This document shows, piece by piece, positions 48,689 to 59,514 of a stretch of 64,000 nt of DNA (position 1 is the first letter of the stretch; each line of letters opens with the position of its first letter). The notes under the pieces were generated by a model. That model was not told the DNA's origin, searched no databases, and saw nothing but the letters and a program-made list of their open reading frames with translations. Location of the stretch: positions 64,001 to 128,000 of the forward strand of contig CAXXWC010000021.1 of assembly GCA_963668645.2 (NCBI GenBank). Reading direction: 5' to 3'. The translations under genes and the position numbers were made by a program. Source of the DNA: Desulfobacterales bacterium (lineage in GTDB: Bacteria; Desulfobacterota; Desulfobacteria; Desulfobacterales; UBA2174).

Positions 48689-50551
48689 ATGGAACCTATC
48701 GCCGCATTGAAGCGCTACTTCGGCTACGAAGCGTTCCGGGACCACCAGCAGGAGATCATCGAAACCGTGGGCGGCGGAAACGATGCCTTTGTCCTGATGC
48801 CCACCGGCAGCGGCAAATCCATCTGCTACCAGATTCCGGCCATCGTCGCCAAAGGCGTCGGCATCGTCGTCTCCCCTCTGATCGCCCTGATGGAAGACCA
48901 GGTCAAGGGGCTGCAGGCCAACGGGGTGCGCGCAGCCTACCTGAATTCCACCATCCCTTTCCAAGAGGCGCTCCGGATCCAGCACCGCGCGGCCGCCGGC
49001 GCCCTCGACCTGCTCTATGTGGCCCCGGAAAAATTATTGACCGCAAATTTCCAACATTTTCTAAGCCAGGTCGAGATCGCCCTGTTCGCCATCGACGAGG
49101 CCCACTGCGTGTCCCAGTGGGGGCACGATTTCCGTCCCGAGTACCTGCGCATCAACGAGGTCACGCGCAGGTTCCCCGGCACCCCGCGCATGGCGCTCAC
49201 CGCCACGGCCGACGACATCACGCGCCGGGATATCCTCGCGCGGCTTGCGTTAACCGAAGCCAGGATCTTTATTTCCAGCTTCGACCGGCCCAACATCCGC
49301 TATCGGCTCCAGGCCAAACAGCGCGACAAACACCAGTTGCGCGACTTCATCGAAAGTGAACACCCCCAGGATGCGGGAATCGTCTACGTGCGCACCCGCA
49401 AGCGTGCCGAAACCGTCGCCGATTTTTTGGCCCGGTCCGGGATCCAGGCCCTTGCCTACCATGCCGGGCTGGCTTCCGACCTGCGCCTGGCACACCAGAA
49501 ACGATTCCAGCAAAACGAAGCCCAGGTCATCGTCGCCACCATCGCGTTCGGAATGGGGATCGACAAACCGGACGTGCGTTTCGTGGCCCATCTGGATCTG
49601 CCCTCGAGCATGGAAGCCTACTACCAGGAAACCGGCCGCGCCGGGCGGGACGGCAACCCGGCCGATGCCTGGATGATCTATTCGCTTGCGGACGGCATCG
49701 CCCTGCGGCGGCTCTTCGAACAGTCGGAGGGTACGGATGAATTCAAGCGCGTTCTGGGGAAAAAGCTCCAAGCGTTGCTCGCCTTTTGCGAATCCATCGA
49801 GTGTCGCCGCAAGCTTTTGCTGGCTTACTTCGGAGAAGCCCATCAAGGCCGGTGCGGCAACTGCGACAATTGCCTCGATCCGCCCAGAACCTGGGACGGG
49901 ACCATTGCGGCCCAAAAAGCTCTGTCCTGCGCCTACCGCACCGGCCAGCGTTTCGGCGCCGGTCATCTCATAAGTGTCCTCATGGGCAAGCAGACCGAAA
50001 CGGTCATCCGCTGGAAGCACGATCGCATCAAGACCTTCGGCGTGGGCCAAGATCTTCCCAAAGCCGCGTGGGAGTCGGTCTGCCGGCAGCTGCTTTTCGG
50101 GGAATATCTTAGCGAAAATCCGGATGGATACGGCGGGCTCGGGATTTCGCAAAAGGGAATGGCGTTTTTAAAAAACAAAGAATCGATCCGATTCAGATCC
50201 GATCCGACAAGGCGGCAAAAGATAGACTCCAGGGATACTCGCCGGTCCGGCCAGATGGCAGACGGCGCTGAGGTCGATGCCGGACTGCTGCAAAAGTTGA
50301 AACAATACCGGAGCAAAATCGCCGCTCAAGACGGCGTGCCGCCCTATGTGATTTTTCACGATCGTACCCTGATCGCGCTTTCTGCATGCAGGCCTAAAAC
50401 CATCGCCGAACTGGATGGGATTTACGGGATCGGTGAGGCCAAGCGCAGCCGGTACGGCAAAGACATCGTCGATATCGTTTTGGAGATGGAACCCGGCGCT
50501 GCGGCGCATGACCCGCGCACCCTTCCTGCCTGCTCAGAATCGAAAAATTGA
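48689..50551 (+). CDS. recQ: DNA helicase RecQ (helicase, RQC, HRDC)
   Basis: MPTGSGKS, DEAHCVSQWGHDFRPEY, QETGRAGRDG, CRR...CGNCDNC, PPYVIF. Confidence 0.93.
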   Translation: MEPIAALKRYFGYEAFRDHQQEIIETVGGGNDAFVLMPTGSGKSICYQIPAIVAKGVGIVVSPLIALMEDQVKGLQANGVRAAYLNSTIPFQEALRIQHRAAAGALDLLYVAPEKLLTANFQHFLSQVEIALFAIDEAHCVSQWGHDFRPEYLRINEVTRRFPGTPRMALTATADDITRRDILARLALTEARIFISSFDRPNIRYRLQAKQRDKHQLRDFIESEHPQDAGIVYVRTRKRAETVADFLARSGIQALAYHAGLASDLRLAHQKRFQQNEAQVIVATIAFGMGIDKPDVRFVAHLDLPSSMEAYYQETGRAGRDGNPADAWMIYSLADGIALRRLFEQSEGTDEFKRVLGKKLQALLAFCESIECRRKLLLAYFGEAHQGRCGNCDNCLDPPRTWDGTIAAQKALSCAYRTGQRFGAGHLISVLMGKQTETVIRWKHDRIKTFGVGQDLPKAAWESVCRQLLFGEYLSENPDGYGGLGISQKGMAFLKNKESIRFRSDPTRRQKIDSRDTRRSGQMADGAEVDAGLLQKLKQYRSKIAAQDGVPPYVIFHDRTLIALSACRPKTIAELDGIYGIGEAKRSRYGKDIVDIVLEMEPGAAAHDPRTLPACSESKN

Positions 50552-50602
50552 GCAGGCCGAGTTGCAAGCAAAAATTTCAGGCACTGTTTGCCACGGCCGA
50601 AG

Positions 50603-53600
50603 ATGGACTTTTCCGACCTGATACACCAGACACTGCTGCTGGATCTGGAAACCACCCGCACCGGCAGGATCCGGCATGTGGGGGCAGTGTTCAACGGGCA
50701 GGTCTTCGAAAAACAGGCGCCGGCCGGCTCCCGGGCGGTGCTGGAATCCCTTGAACGCTTCGCCCGGCCGGCCGCCGCGATCCTGGGGCACAACCTGCTC
50801 GGCCACGACTTTCCGCTGCTGCGGGCGGCGTCGCCCCGGCTGGAGCTGCTTGCAAAGCCGGTCATCGACACCCTTTACCTTTCGCCCCTGGCGTTTCCCG
50901 AAAATCCTTACCACCGGCTGGTCAAGGACTACAAGCTGGTGTGCAGCGCCGTCAACCGCCCGGTGGAAGACGCCCGGCTGGCCGCCTCGGTCTTTGCCGA
51001 TCAGTGGCAAAGCTTCACCCAAACGGCGGCCGGCCGCCCTGCCCTGCCCGCCTTTTACCGCTTCTGCTTTGAAAAGAGCCGGTTCAACGGTTTTTCCGGC
51101 GCCGGGATGGCGGGGATCTTTGCCCGCCTGACCGATGGCGTCATCGCCGATGCGCACCAGGCCCTGGCCGTTTTTTTATCCCTGGCCGGCGACAGCCTCT
51201 GCCCCCAGGCGGCCCGAAAAGAGATCCCCGAACTGCTGGCGGATGAGGCCAGGCGGCCGGCCGCCGCCTACTGCCTGGCCTGGCTGCAGGTGGCGGGCGG
51301 CAATTCCGTGCTGCCGCCCTGGGTGCGGCACCGGTTCCCCGAAATTCAGGAACTGATCCGGCGGCTGCGCGAGACCCCCTGCGGCTCGCCCGAGTGCGCC
51401 TATTGCCGGGAAAACCACGATCCGGATCGCCAGTTGAAGCGCTTTTTCGGGTATCCGTCGTTTCGTCCGGAACCGCGCACCCAGGCCGGGGAAAGCCTGC
51501 AGCGGGCACTGGTGTGCGACGGCCTGGGCGACCTTCCGGTGCTCGGAATCCTGCCCACCGGCGGCGGCAAGTCGCTGTGCTACCAGCTTCCGGCCCTAGT
51601 GCGCTACTGGCGCCGCGCAACCCTGACCGTGGTCATCTCCCCGCTGCAGGCCCTGATGAAAGACCAGGTGGACAACCTGGTCAAGAAGACCGGAACGCTC
51701 TTTGCCGAGGCGGTTTCCGGGCTTCAGACAGCCCCGGAGCGCGGCGAAATCTTCGAACGGGTCCGCCTGGGCGACACCGCCATCTTGTATCTGGCGCCCG
51801 AACAGCTGCGCAGCAACGGGGTGCGGCGTGTGCTGCAGCAGCGCGAGATCGGTGCCTGGATCTTCGACGAAGCCCATTGCCTGTCCAAGTGGGGCCATGA
51901 TTTCCGGCCGGATTATCTCTATGCGGCCCGCTTCATCCGCGAATTCGCCAAAGCGCAGAACCTTCCCGTCCCGCCGGTGTCATGTTTTACGGCCACCGCC
52001 AAAAAAAACGTCATCGAAGAGATCACGGCCCATTTTGAGCAGGAACTCGGCCAGAACCTGCGCCTCTACGCCGGCGGGGTGGAACGCGACAACCTTTCCT
52101 TCGAGGTCGTCCCGGTCTCAACGGCCGAAAAACTCGAACGCACCCTGGAATTGATCCGGACCCATCTGGCAGACGGGGCCGGTGATGCGGGCGGCGTCAT
52201 CGTCTATGCCGCCACCCGTGCCGCAACCGGTGAAATCCGCGATTTTCTACACCATCAGGGCATCCTCGCCGAAACCTTTCATGGCGGTCTGGAGGCCGGC
52301 CGCAAGCGCGAAATCATCGAAGGCTTCATCGAGGGGCAAGTGCCGGTGATCTGCGCCACCAACGCCTTCGGCATGGGGATCGACAAGGAAAACATCCGCC
52401 TCGTGCTCCATTACAGCATGCCCGGATCACTGGAAAACTACATCCAGGAGGCCGGGCGCGCCGGCCGTGACCAGCAACCGGCCCGCTGCGTGCTGCTCTA
52501 CGATCCCCAGGATGTCCACTTTCAGTTCTCCATGGGCGCGATGTCCGAGGTCAAACAAAAGGAGATCTCGCGCATCCTGCGGGCCCTGCGGCGCAAGAAG
52601 ACCGATGCGCACGGCGAGATCGTGGTCACCGGCGACGAACTGCTGCGCGATGAAGAGTGGGCCGAGATGCAGGCCCTGCGGCCCGAGCTGCGGGACACCA
52701 AAATCCGGGCCGCCGTGGCCTGGCTGGAACGGGCCGGATTTTTGGAGCGCAACCAGAACCTCACCGAGGCTTTCCAGGGCAAACCGCGGGTCGAATCGCT
52801 CCAAGCGGCCCAGGCCGTCATGGATCGCCTCGACCTGGCGCCGCCTACCCGCGGCCGCTGGCTCAACATCCTGCAGCAGATCATCAACTGCCGTGAAGAC
52901 CGGGGGATCCGGGCCGATGCCCTGGCCGAAGCCCTGTTTCCGGAAAAAGAGACCCTGCTGGCCATGGAACGCCGGACCGGGATGACCGCAGCCCAGATCG
53001 TGATCGCGGATCTTCACGACATGGCCGAGGCCGGTCTGCTCGACCAGGGACTGATGCTGGCGGCCACCTTCCGCCCAAAGGGGAAAAACAACGCCTTCAA
53101 GGTGTTCCAGGAGATCTGCGATATCGAAAACAGCCTGGTGGCCCTGATGCAGATCCAGGACCCGGACGCCGAGCAGGGACACTGGGTGGACCTGGACGTC
53201 CGCCGCCTCAATCAACTGCTGGCCAACGAAGGATACGCCGTCAGCCCGGACGTTCTGCGCCGGTTGATCAAGGGGATTTCCTACGACGGAAAAGGGTTTG
53301 CCGCTTCCCAGGGGAGCTTTGAAATCGCCCATCTGGACCGCAACCGCTATCGTGTCCGGCTGACCCGCAGTTGGCAGACGATCCGCAAGACGATTTCCCT
53401 GCGCCAGAACGTGGCCCACCTGATGCTCAAAACCTTTCTGGGCATGGCGCAACACAAGGCCGCCCAAAGCGGTGCGCCGCTGTCCGGGGATCTGCGGCTC
53501 ACCTTTACCAGCGACGAACTGTCGGCCGCCATCCGGGCGGATCTTTTTTTGAGCGTGCACGTCACCAAGGTGCTCCCGGCCATCGAACGGGCGCTGATGT

Positions 53601-55840
53601 TTCTGCACGAAGAGCACATCATCGTGCTGCAAAACGGGCTGGCCATCCTGCGCCAGGCCATGACCCTGCGCCTGGCCCAACCGGCCCGCGGCCGCCACTT
53701 CAATCGCGGCGATTACAAACCCCTGGCGGTGCACTACCGCGAGAAGCGCTTCCAGGTCCACGTCATGATGCGCTACGCCACGCTGGGACTGGACAAAATC
53801 GCCCGCGCCCTGACTCTGGTATTCGACTATTTTACCCTGGGACGGGTCAGGTTCATCCACAAGTACTTCGAGGGCGAAAGCGAGATCCTGGAAAAGGCTA
53901 CCACCGCCGAATCGTTCCGCCGGATCGTGGAAAGCCTGCACAATCCGGAGCAGATCGGCGCCGTGGGCCGCCCGGCGGAAGACAATCAGCTCATCCTGGC
54001 CGGTCCCGGAGCGGGCAAGACGCGCGTCATCGTCCACCGCTGTGCCTACCTGCTGGAGGTCGAGCGGGTGCCGGCGCGCCAGATTCTGGTCCTCTGCTTC
54101 AACCACGGTTCGGCCATGGTGGTGCGCAAACGGCTTCGGGACCTGGTGGGAAAGGCCGCCAGGGGGGTGACCGTCGCCACCTATCACGGGGTGGCCATGC
54201 GCCTGGCCGGCATCTCCATCCGCGACATGACCGCCGGGCAGGATCAGGAGCATATCGATTTCGAACGCATGATCCAGGACGCCACGGACCTGCTCAACGG
54301 GAAAAAGGAAATTCCCGGCATCGAGGCCGACGAGCACCGGGACCGGCTCCTGGCCGGGTACAGTCACATCCTGGTGGATGAATACCAGGACATCGACCGG
54401 GCCCAGTACGAATTGGTATCGGCCATCGCAGGGCGCACCCTGGCCGAGGAGGACGGCCGCCTGTCCATCCTGGCGGTGGGCGACGATGATCAGAACATCT
54501 ACACCTTCCGCGGCGCCAATGTCGAATTCATCCGGCGCTTTGAAACCGATTACCGTCCCGCCGTGGTCCACCTGGTGGAAAACTACCGCTCCAGCAGGCA
54601 TATCATCGCCGCTTCCAACGCCTTGATCCGCTGCAACAAGGACCGGATGAAGGGCAATCATCCGATCCGCATCGACCGGGCCCGGGCCGCCAATGACGCC
54701 GGCGGCCGCTGGGAACGGCTCGATCCGCTGAGCCGGGGACGGGTCCAGATCGTCACCGTGGCAAATGAACTGCACCAGGCTTGCCACATCAAAAATGAGA
54801 TCGATCGGCTCAAACAGCTCGATCCAAAAACCGGCTGGAGCGATATCGCGATCCTGGCCCGCACCAGGGCCGGCCTGGCAAGTGTGCGCACGGTGTTGGA
54901 AGCGGCCGGGTACCCGGTGAGGACGATCCTGGACCGGGGCTTTCCGTTTCACCGGATCCGGGAAATCCGCATGGCCCTGGAATGGCTCGAAGCACGAGGC
55001 AAGGAAAATTTGCGTGCCGGCACGATAAAACGAGGCATCGAAGCGCTGCGCGGCAACCGGGCGCCGAACCCGTGGTGGGATCAGATCAATCTGTTTTTCG
55101 AGGACTACCAGGCTGAAACCCTCGACAGCATCCTGCCTGCCGGCCAAGCCATCGATCACCTGTATGAATTTACGGCCGAACAACGGCGTGAAAAAGTAAT
55201 CGGCCGGGGAATTTTTCTCGGCACCATTCATGCGGCCAAAGGCATGGAGTTTGCCCATGTCTTCATCCTGGACGGGGACTGGAGCCGGCCTGCGACCCGC
55301 ACCGGGTGGGAAGAAGAACGGCGCGTGATGTACGTCGGCATGACCCGGGCCTGCGAGACCCTGCATCTTTTGAAGATCTCCGGCCGGTCGAATCCTTTTC
55401 TAAGGGAGATCAAGGGCGATTGCGCCATATCGCTGGCGGACCGCGAGGCCCTTGCAGAGAGCCGATTTGAAAAAAGGGCCTACGAAATGCTGCGGCTGGA
55501 CGACATCTACCTCGATTTTGCCGGACGCCGCGGACCATCCGATCCGATTCACCGGTCCCTGGCCGAAGTCCAGACCGGACAATCGGTAAGTTTCCGCCCT
55601 GAAAAAGGCAAGGTGGGCATCTGCGACGCACGGAACCGATGTCTGGCCCAACTGTCCAACAGTGCGGCGGCCACATGGAGCGAACGTCTCGACCAGATCC
55701 TGGATCTGCGTGTGGTGGCCGTGCTCAGACGCATGCGCCAAGACTCCAGGGCCGAATTTCAGCCCTGGATCAGAACCGCTGCATGGGAGCTTCCCGTTGT
55801 GGAAGTGGTACGCCGGGTTGCACCCGAGAAACGCGGGTGA
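50603..55840 (+). CDS. Large fusion: DEDD-like 3'-5' exonuclease + RecQ-like SF2 helicase + UvrD-like SF1 helicase
   Basis: LDLET, GHN...HD, IDTL; PTGGGKS, DEAH, QEAGRAGRD; AGPGAGKT, DEYQD, GDDDQNIY, NYRS, TIHAAKGMEF, YVGMTRA. Confidence 0.88.
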   Translation: MDFSDLIHQTLLLDLETTRTGRIRHVGAVFNGQVFEKQAPAGSRAVLESLERFARPAAAILGHNLLGHDFPLLRAASPRLELLAKPVIDTLYLSPLAFPENPYHRLVKDYKLVCSAVNRPVEDARLAASVFADQWQSFTQTAAGRPALPAFYRFCFEKSRFNGFSGAGMAGIFARLTDGVIADAHQALAVFLSLAGDSLCPQAARKEIPELLADEARRPAAAYCLAWLQVAGGNSVLPPWVRHRFPEIQELIRRLRETPCGSPECAYCRENHDPDRQLKRFFGYPSFRPEPRTQAGESLQRALVCDGLGDLPVLGILPTGGGKSLCYQLPALVRYWRRATLTVVISPLQALMKDQVDNLVKKTGTLFAEAVSGLQTAPERGEIFERVRLGDTAILYLAPEQLRSNGVRRVLQQREIGAWIFDEAHCLSKWGHDFRPDYLYAARFIREFAKAQNLPVPPVSCFTATAKKNVIEEITAHFEQELGQNLRLYAGGVERDNLSFEVVPVSTAEKLERTLELIRTHLADGAGDAGGVIVYAATRAATGEIRDFLHHQGILAETFHGGLEAGRKREIIEGFIEGQVPVICATNAFGMGIDKENIRLVLHYSMPGSLENYIQEAGRAGRDQQPARCVLLYDPQDVHFQFSMGAMSEVKQKEISRILRALRRKKTDAHGEIVVTGDELLRDEEWAEMQALRPELRDTKIRAAVAWLERAGFLERNQNLTEAFQGKPRVESLQAAQAVMDRLDLAPPTRGRWLNILQQIINCREDRGIRADALAEALFPEKETLLAMERRTGMTAAQIVIADLHDMAEAGLLDQGLMLAATFRPKGKNNAFKVFQEICDIENSLVALMQIQDPDAEQGHWVDLDVRRLNQLLANEGYAVSPDVLRRLIKGISYDGKGFAASQGSFEIAHLDRNRYRVRLTRSWQTIRKTISLRQNVAHLMLKTFLGMAQHKAAQSGAPLSGDLRLTFTSDELSAAIRADLFLSVHVTKVLPAIERALMFLHEEHIIVLQNGLAILRQAMTLRLAQPARGRHFNRGDYKPLAVHYREKRFQVHVMMRYATLGLDKIARALTLVFDYFTLGRVRFIHKYFEGESEILEKATTAESFRRIVESLHNPEQIGAVGRPAEDNQLILAGPGAGKTRVIVHRCAYLLEVERVPARQILVLCFNHGSAMVVRKRLRDLVGKAARGVTVATYHGVAMRLAGISIRDMTAGQDQEHIDFERMIQDATDLLNGKKEIPGIEADEHRDRLLAGYSHILVDEYQDIDRAQYELVSAIAGRTLAEEDGRLSILAVGDDDQNIYTFRGANVEFIRRFETDYRPAVVHLVENYRSSRHIIAASNALIRCNKDRMKGNHPIRIDRARAANDAGGRWERLDPLSRGRVQIVTVANELHQACHIKNEIDRLKQLDPKTGWSDIAILARTRAGLASVRTVLEAAGYPVRTILDRGFPFHRIREIRMALEWLEARGKENLRAGTIKRGIEALRGNRAPNPWWDQINLFFEDYQAETLDSILPAGQAIDHLYEFTAEQRREKVIGRGIFLGTIHAAKGMEFAHVFILDGDWSRPATRTGWEEERRVMYVGMTRACETLHLLKISGRSNPFLREIKGDCAISLADREALAESRFEKRAYEMLRLDDIYLDFAGRRGPSDPIHRSLAEVQTGQSVSFRPEKGKVGICDARNRCLAQLSNSAAATWSERLDQILDLRVVAVLRRMRQDSRAEFQPWIRTAAWELPVVEVVRRVAPEKRG

Positions 55841-56014
55841 ACCGGCGTTCTGCCGGATTGGTTCTATGGCAGGACAGATGAAGTCATCGTTGGACTTTGA
55901 CGGCCCCCTGCTGTGCCTTTCATTCCGGCTTGACAGGCAGCGCACACAAAGGGTAGTCAAACTGATTTTATGAACGGCCTTTGGAACCTGCCATTCAGTG
56001 CAAGATGATAGCCG

Positions 56015-56767
56015 ATGCCCCAGACACCACCATCCAAATGGTCCGAATTTCTCGCCGGCTGCCGGGACGAGGCCCCGCTGCAGCTCGGGGTCGTGCCCTT
56101 CGGCATGCTTTACGCGATCGGGGGACTGGCCGCGGGCATGCCGGCATGGCTGGTGCAGCTCTCATCCGCCCTGGTGTTCGCCGGCTCGGCCCAGCTTGCC
56201 ATCGTACAGATGCTTTCAGCCGCTGCCGGTGCCCTGCCGATCGGTTTGACGGCCGGCTTGCTCAACCTGCGCCACGTCCTGTACAGCGCCTCGGTGGCCG
56301 ACTACGTGCGTCACCTGCCCCGGCGCTGGCGCCTGTTGCTGGCCTATCTTCTGACCGATGAAGCCTATGCGGTGGCCATCCTGCGCTACCAGAAAGATGC
56401 CGCCACGGCCCGCGCGACCGCCGGCAGCGCATCGGATCCCCAACCGGCTGCCGACCTTCGCCACTGGTACTTTCTTGGCACAGGGTTCACCCTCTGGTTC
56501 TGCTGGCAGCTTTCCACCACCGCCGGCCTTGTCTTTGGCGCTGCCATCCCGCTGGAATGGGATATCGATTTTGCCGTGCCCCTGACTTTTCTGGCGCTGT
56601 TGACCCTGTTGTTGCGCGAGCGCGCCAGTCAGGCCGCCGCTCTGGCCGCCGCCCTGGGCGTCCTCGCATTTGCCGGGCTGCCGTATAAACTCGGGCTGGT
56701 GGCCGCGATTCTGCTGGGTCTGGTCGCCGGTTTTTTGACCGCCAAACGTCAGGCAGGCCGACCATGA
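56015..56767 (+). CDS. azlC: AzlC-family branched-chain amino acid exporter subunit
   Basis: FAGSAQ, NLRH.LY, LTDEAYA. Confidence 0.87.
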   Translation: MPQTPPSKWSEFLAGCRDEAPLQLGVVPFGMLYAIGGLAAGMPAWLVQLSSALVFAGSAQLAIVQMLSAAAGALPIGLTAGLLNLRHVLYSASVADYVRHLPRRWRLLLAYLLTDEAYAVAILRYQKDAATARATAGSASDPQPAADLRHWYFLGTGFTLWFCWQLSTTAGLVFGAAIPLEWDIDFAVPLTFLALLTLLLRERASQAAALAAALGVLAFAGLPYKLGLVAAILLGLVAGFLTAKRQAGRP

Positions 56768-57087
56768 GCACCTTTGCACTGCTCGGTCTTCTTGCGGCGG
56801 TAGGCGTTGCCACCTACTTTTTCCGCTACTCGATGATCGGCCTTTTCGCCAACCGCCAACTGCCGCAATGGCTGCGTGAACTGTGCAGCTTCATCGCGCC
56901 GGCCAGCTTCGCCGCGCTGACCGCCAGCGCGCTTTTTATCAGCGGCGGCCAGATGGCGATATCTCTTGATGCACCCAAACCCTGGGCGGCGCTGGTTGCC
57001 GTCATCGTGGCCTGGCGCACCGGCAATGTGTTTGCCACCATCGGGGTTGGTATGGCCGCCCTGTACGGATTGAAAATGCTGTTCTGA
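56764..57087 (+). CDS. azlD: AzlD-family subunit
   Basis: Small hydrophobic ORF overlapping the azlC stop (ATGA); TYFFR, LP.W. Confidence 0.82.
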   Translation: MSTFALLGLLAAVGVATYFFRYSMIGLFANRQLPQWLRELCSFIAPASFAALTASALFISGGQMAISLDAPKPWAALVAVIVAWRTGNVFATIGVGMAALYGLKMLF

Positions 57088-57138
57088 AAGTGGCAGCCGC
57101 CTTAACGGCACGGGGATCTTAGCGGGAACGCACGGCAA

Positions 57139-58140
57139 ATGCCGAAGAAGAAAAACGGCCGTTGCAGCGTCAGGCGGCACGTTCTTTGGTTGGCGGTATT
57201 GGCTCTGTTGAGCGGCTGCGCCGCGTCCTGCCTTTCTCCCGATTCCCCGGAGGCCCTTATTCCCGACCGCTCCGCGCAAGTGGCCGGTTCGCGGCTGGAT
57301 CGCCAGAGCGTTCAGCGTATTTTGGGGACGCCGCAGCTTTCCAGCGTCTATTGGGGATTCGATCTTTTTCGGGCCGGCACCGAACAAAACGAGCTGGTGT
57401 TCGCCATCACGCCTTGGCCGGTCCCCTTACTGCGCGTCAAGGACCAGCTGAAGCGCTACACCCTGGTCACCTACGATGCCGGCGGCATCACCGATGCGGT
57501 GGCGACCGGAATATTCCGCCGTCCAAGTTCCTGGCGCAGCGGATCGCCGATCAAGCACGATTACCCTGGCTCCACCCCAGGGCGGCCGGCATGATGGGCT
57601 ACCTCGATCCCCAGGAGGACCGGGAACTCAACCTTCTGGCAGCCCCGATGGACCAGAGACCGGTACCTCCAGCGTAGCGACGCTTGTGGCCGTGGCACGG
57701 TGGTTCTCGGATGCGGCCGGCGCGGCTGCCCCGACCAGATTTCGGTCGATGCCGGCCCGGTGCGACGCCTTCGGCTGCGGACGGCCCCGCTATTTTGGTC
57801 CCGCCTAGAAGAACGCGATTTGTGGCTGCGGGGGATCGAGGCCAACGCACCCGGCCAACCTGATGCCTGGTTTGAGGCCCTCGTGGCGCTCAAGCTTCCC
57901 GCCGGCAAGCATGTGCTCACCTTTTCGGCCCAGCATCTTTCGGGTGCGTCTTCTCTGGAGCTGGATTGCCGTGCGGGCCAAGTGACCTACCTGGTGGTGG
58001 ATGCGGCCAGTGATGAAAACTTCTGGAAGCCGACCCTGATCGATTGGCGGATCGATCAACGCCCTGGGATGCCGCCGCTATTCGCTCACCGCCCTCTGGT
58101 CCTCATGGCTGAGGGCCAATGGCAGGTCGATGCCGAGTAG
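57139..58140 (+). pseudogene. Frameshifted putative lipoprotein gene
   Basis: Lipobox LSGC; coding sense continues across three frames with shifts near 57566 and 57655. Confidence 0.55.
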
Positions 58141-58206
58141 TCCTGTAAACAGGCAGCGCACCCTTTCGTGCCCCGCCAGATGCGAAGGTCTGCAAAGGAT
58201 TTCCGG

Positions 58207-58665
58207 TCAATCGGTGTTTTTCAATGGCTTGGCGAATACACGCTGTTCTTTGTACCGTGCGAACCCCAATTGTTCGTAGAACCGGTGGGCATCGCCTCTG
58301 TTCAATCGGCTGCGCACGCGCAGTGCAGCGACGCCTCTTTCCCGGGCCCACTTTTCAGCAGCTGCCACCAATTGCCGGCCGATGCCATGCCGCCGATGCG
58401 ATTCGGCGACCACAAAACCACCGATCTCGGCAAAAGGATCCGTTTCTAGCCGTTGGGCCGTAAAAACGTGAACCCATCCGATCACCTCGCCATCGCGACA
58501 CGCGACAAACACGGCATGCTCCGGGGACCGAAGGACTGGGCCCAGCCTGAGTTCGGATTGCCGGATCGAGGTGGGATATCCGAGTTGATCGGCCAAACAG
58601 GCGATGGCAGCGCCATCGTTCATGTCGGCAATCCGTATCTCTATATTTACCTGCGCCATTTGCAT
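58207..58665 (-). CDS. GNAT acetyltransferase
   Basis: QLGYP, VVAESHRRHGIGRQL, AHRFYEQLGF. Confidence 0.88.
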   Translation of the reverse strand: MQMAQVNIEIRIADMNDGAAIACLADQLGYPTSIRQSELRLGPVLRSPEHAVFVACRDGEVIGWVHVFTAQRLETDPFAEIGGFVVAESHRRHGIGRQLVAAAEKWARERGVAALRVRSRLNRGDAHRFYEQLGFARYKEQRVFAKPLKNTD

Positions 58666-58809
58666 CACCGCTACCGGGCGCATCCGCGCCCGCGCCGTTA
58701 CTGTCAAAAACAGGCATTCTTTAAATGGACTACATCCGGTGTCAAACCGGATGAATAATTGCAACCCTGAGGTTGTGGCGGGCTCTCTTTGGGTGAGGTT
58801 TGTTCCGGA

Positions 58810-59484
58810 TTAAATTTTGGACCGGTCGAATCCCGGCACGGCGATCCAGTTTTCCAGGCGATTCAGGCCCCAGCTGACCACCGACACCAGCAACAGGTAG
58901 ATGGCGCCCACAATGGTAAAAATCTCCATGTATTTGAAATGGAAGTTGGCCAGGATGGAACCCTTGCCGGTCAGTTCGATGCAGGTAACCATATAGGCCA
59001 GGGAGGAATACTTGATCAGGTAGATCACCTCATTGCCGCTGCCGGGCAGTGCGCGGCGGACCGCCTGGGGCAGCAGGATCGAAAAAATCGCCCGTGTGCG
59101 GCTGAAACCGAGGGAATAGGCGGCCAGCAATTGTCCCTTGCGAATCGACTGCAATGCGCCGCGGATGTATTCGGAATGGTAGGCGCCGCTGCACAGGGAA
59201 AAACCGATCACCGAGGCAGCGAAGGGAGACAGATAAATACCGATGCGTGGCAGGCCGAAATACCACAAATAGAGCTGCACCAGCAGCGGGAACCCTCTGA
59301 AAAACAAGACGTAAAGCCCGGCGAAGCCTTTCAGCAGGGGACTCCCGTAAACCCGCAAGATGCCGATGACGATGCCGATCAGCAAGCCGCTGATGGCCGA
59401 CGGGATGATCAGCTGGATGCTCATCCACAGCCCGGCCAGCAGCTCCGGTGCGACTTCCTGGCGTATAAACAGCAGCTCTTCCAT
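58810..59484 (-). CDS. Polar amino-acid ABC transporter permease
   Basis: FFRGFPLLVQL, SEYIRGA, LPQAVR. Confidence 0.9.
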   Translation of the reverse strand: MEELLFIRQEVAPELLAGLWMSIQLIIPSAISGLLIGIVIGILRVYGSPLLKGFAGLYVLFFRGFPLLVQLYLWYFGLPRIGIYLSPFAASVIGFSLCSGAYHSEYIRGALQSIRKGQLLAAYSLGFSRTRAIFSILLPQAVRRALPGSGNEVIYLIKYSSLAYMVTCIELTGKGSILANFHFKYMEIFTIVGAIYLLLVSVVSWGLNRLENWIAVPGFDRSKI

Positions 59485-59514
59485 TTTCCCGTAAAAGTGC
59501 GCGAACCCGTGCGC

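Noticed and set aside
52427..55366. 979-aa minus-strand ORF
   Set aside because: Antisense shadow of the GC-rich helicase fusion; no motifs
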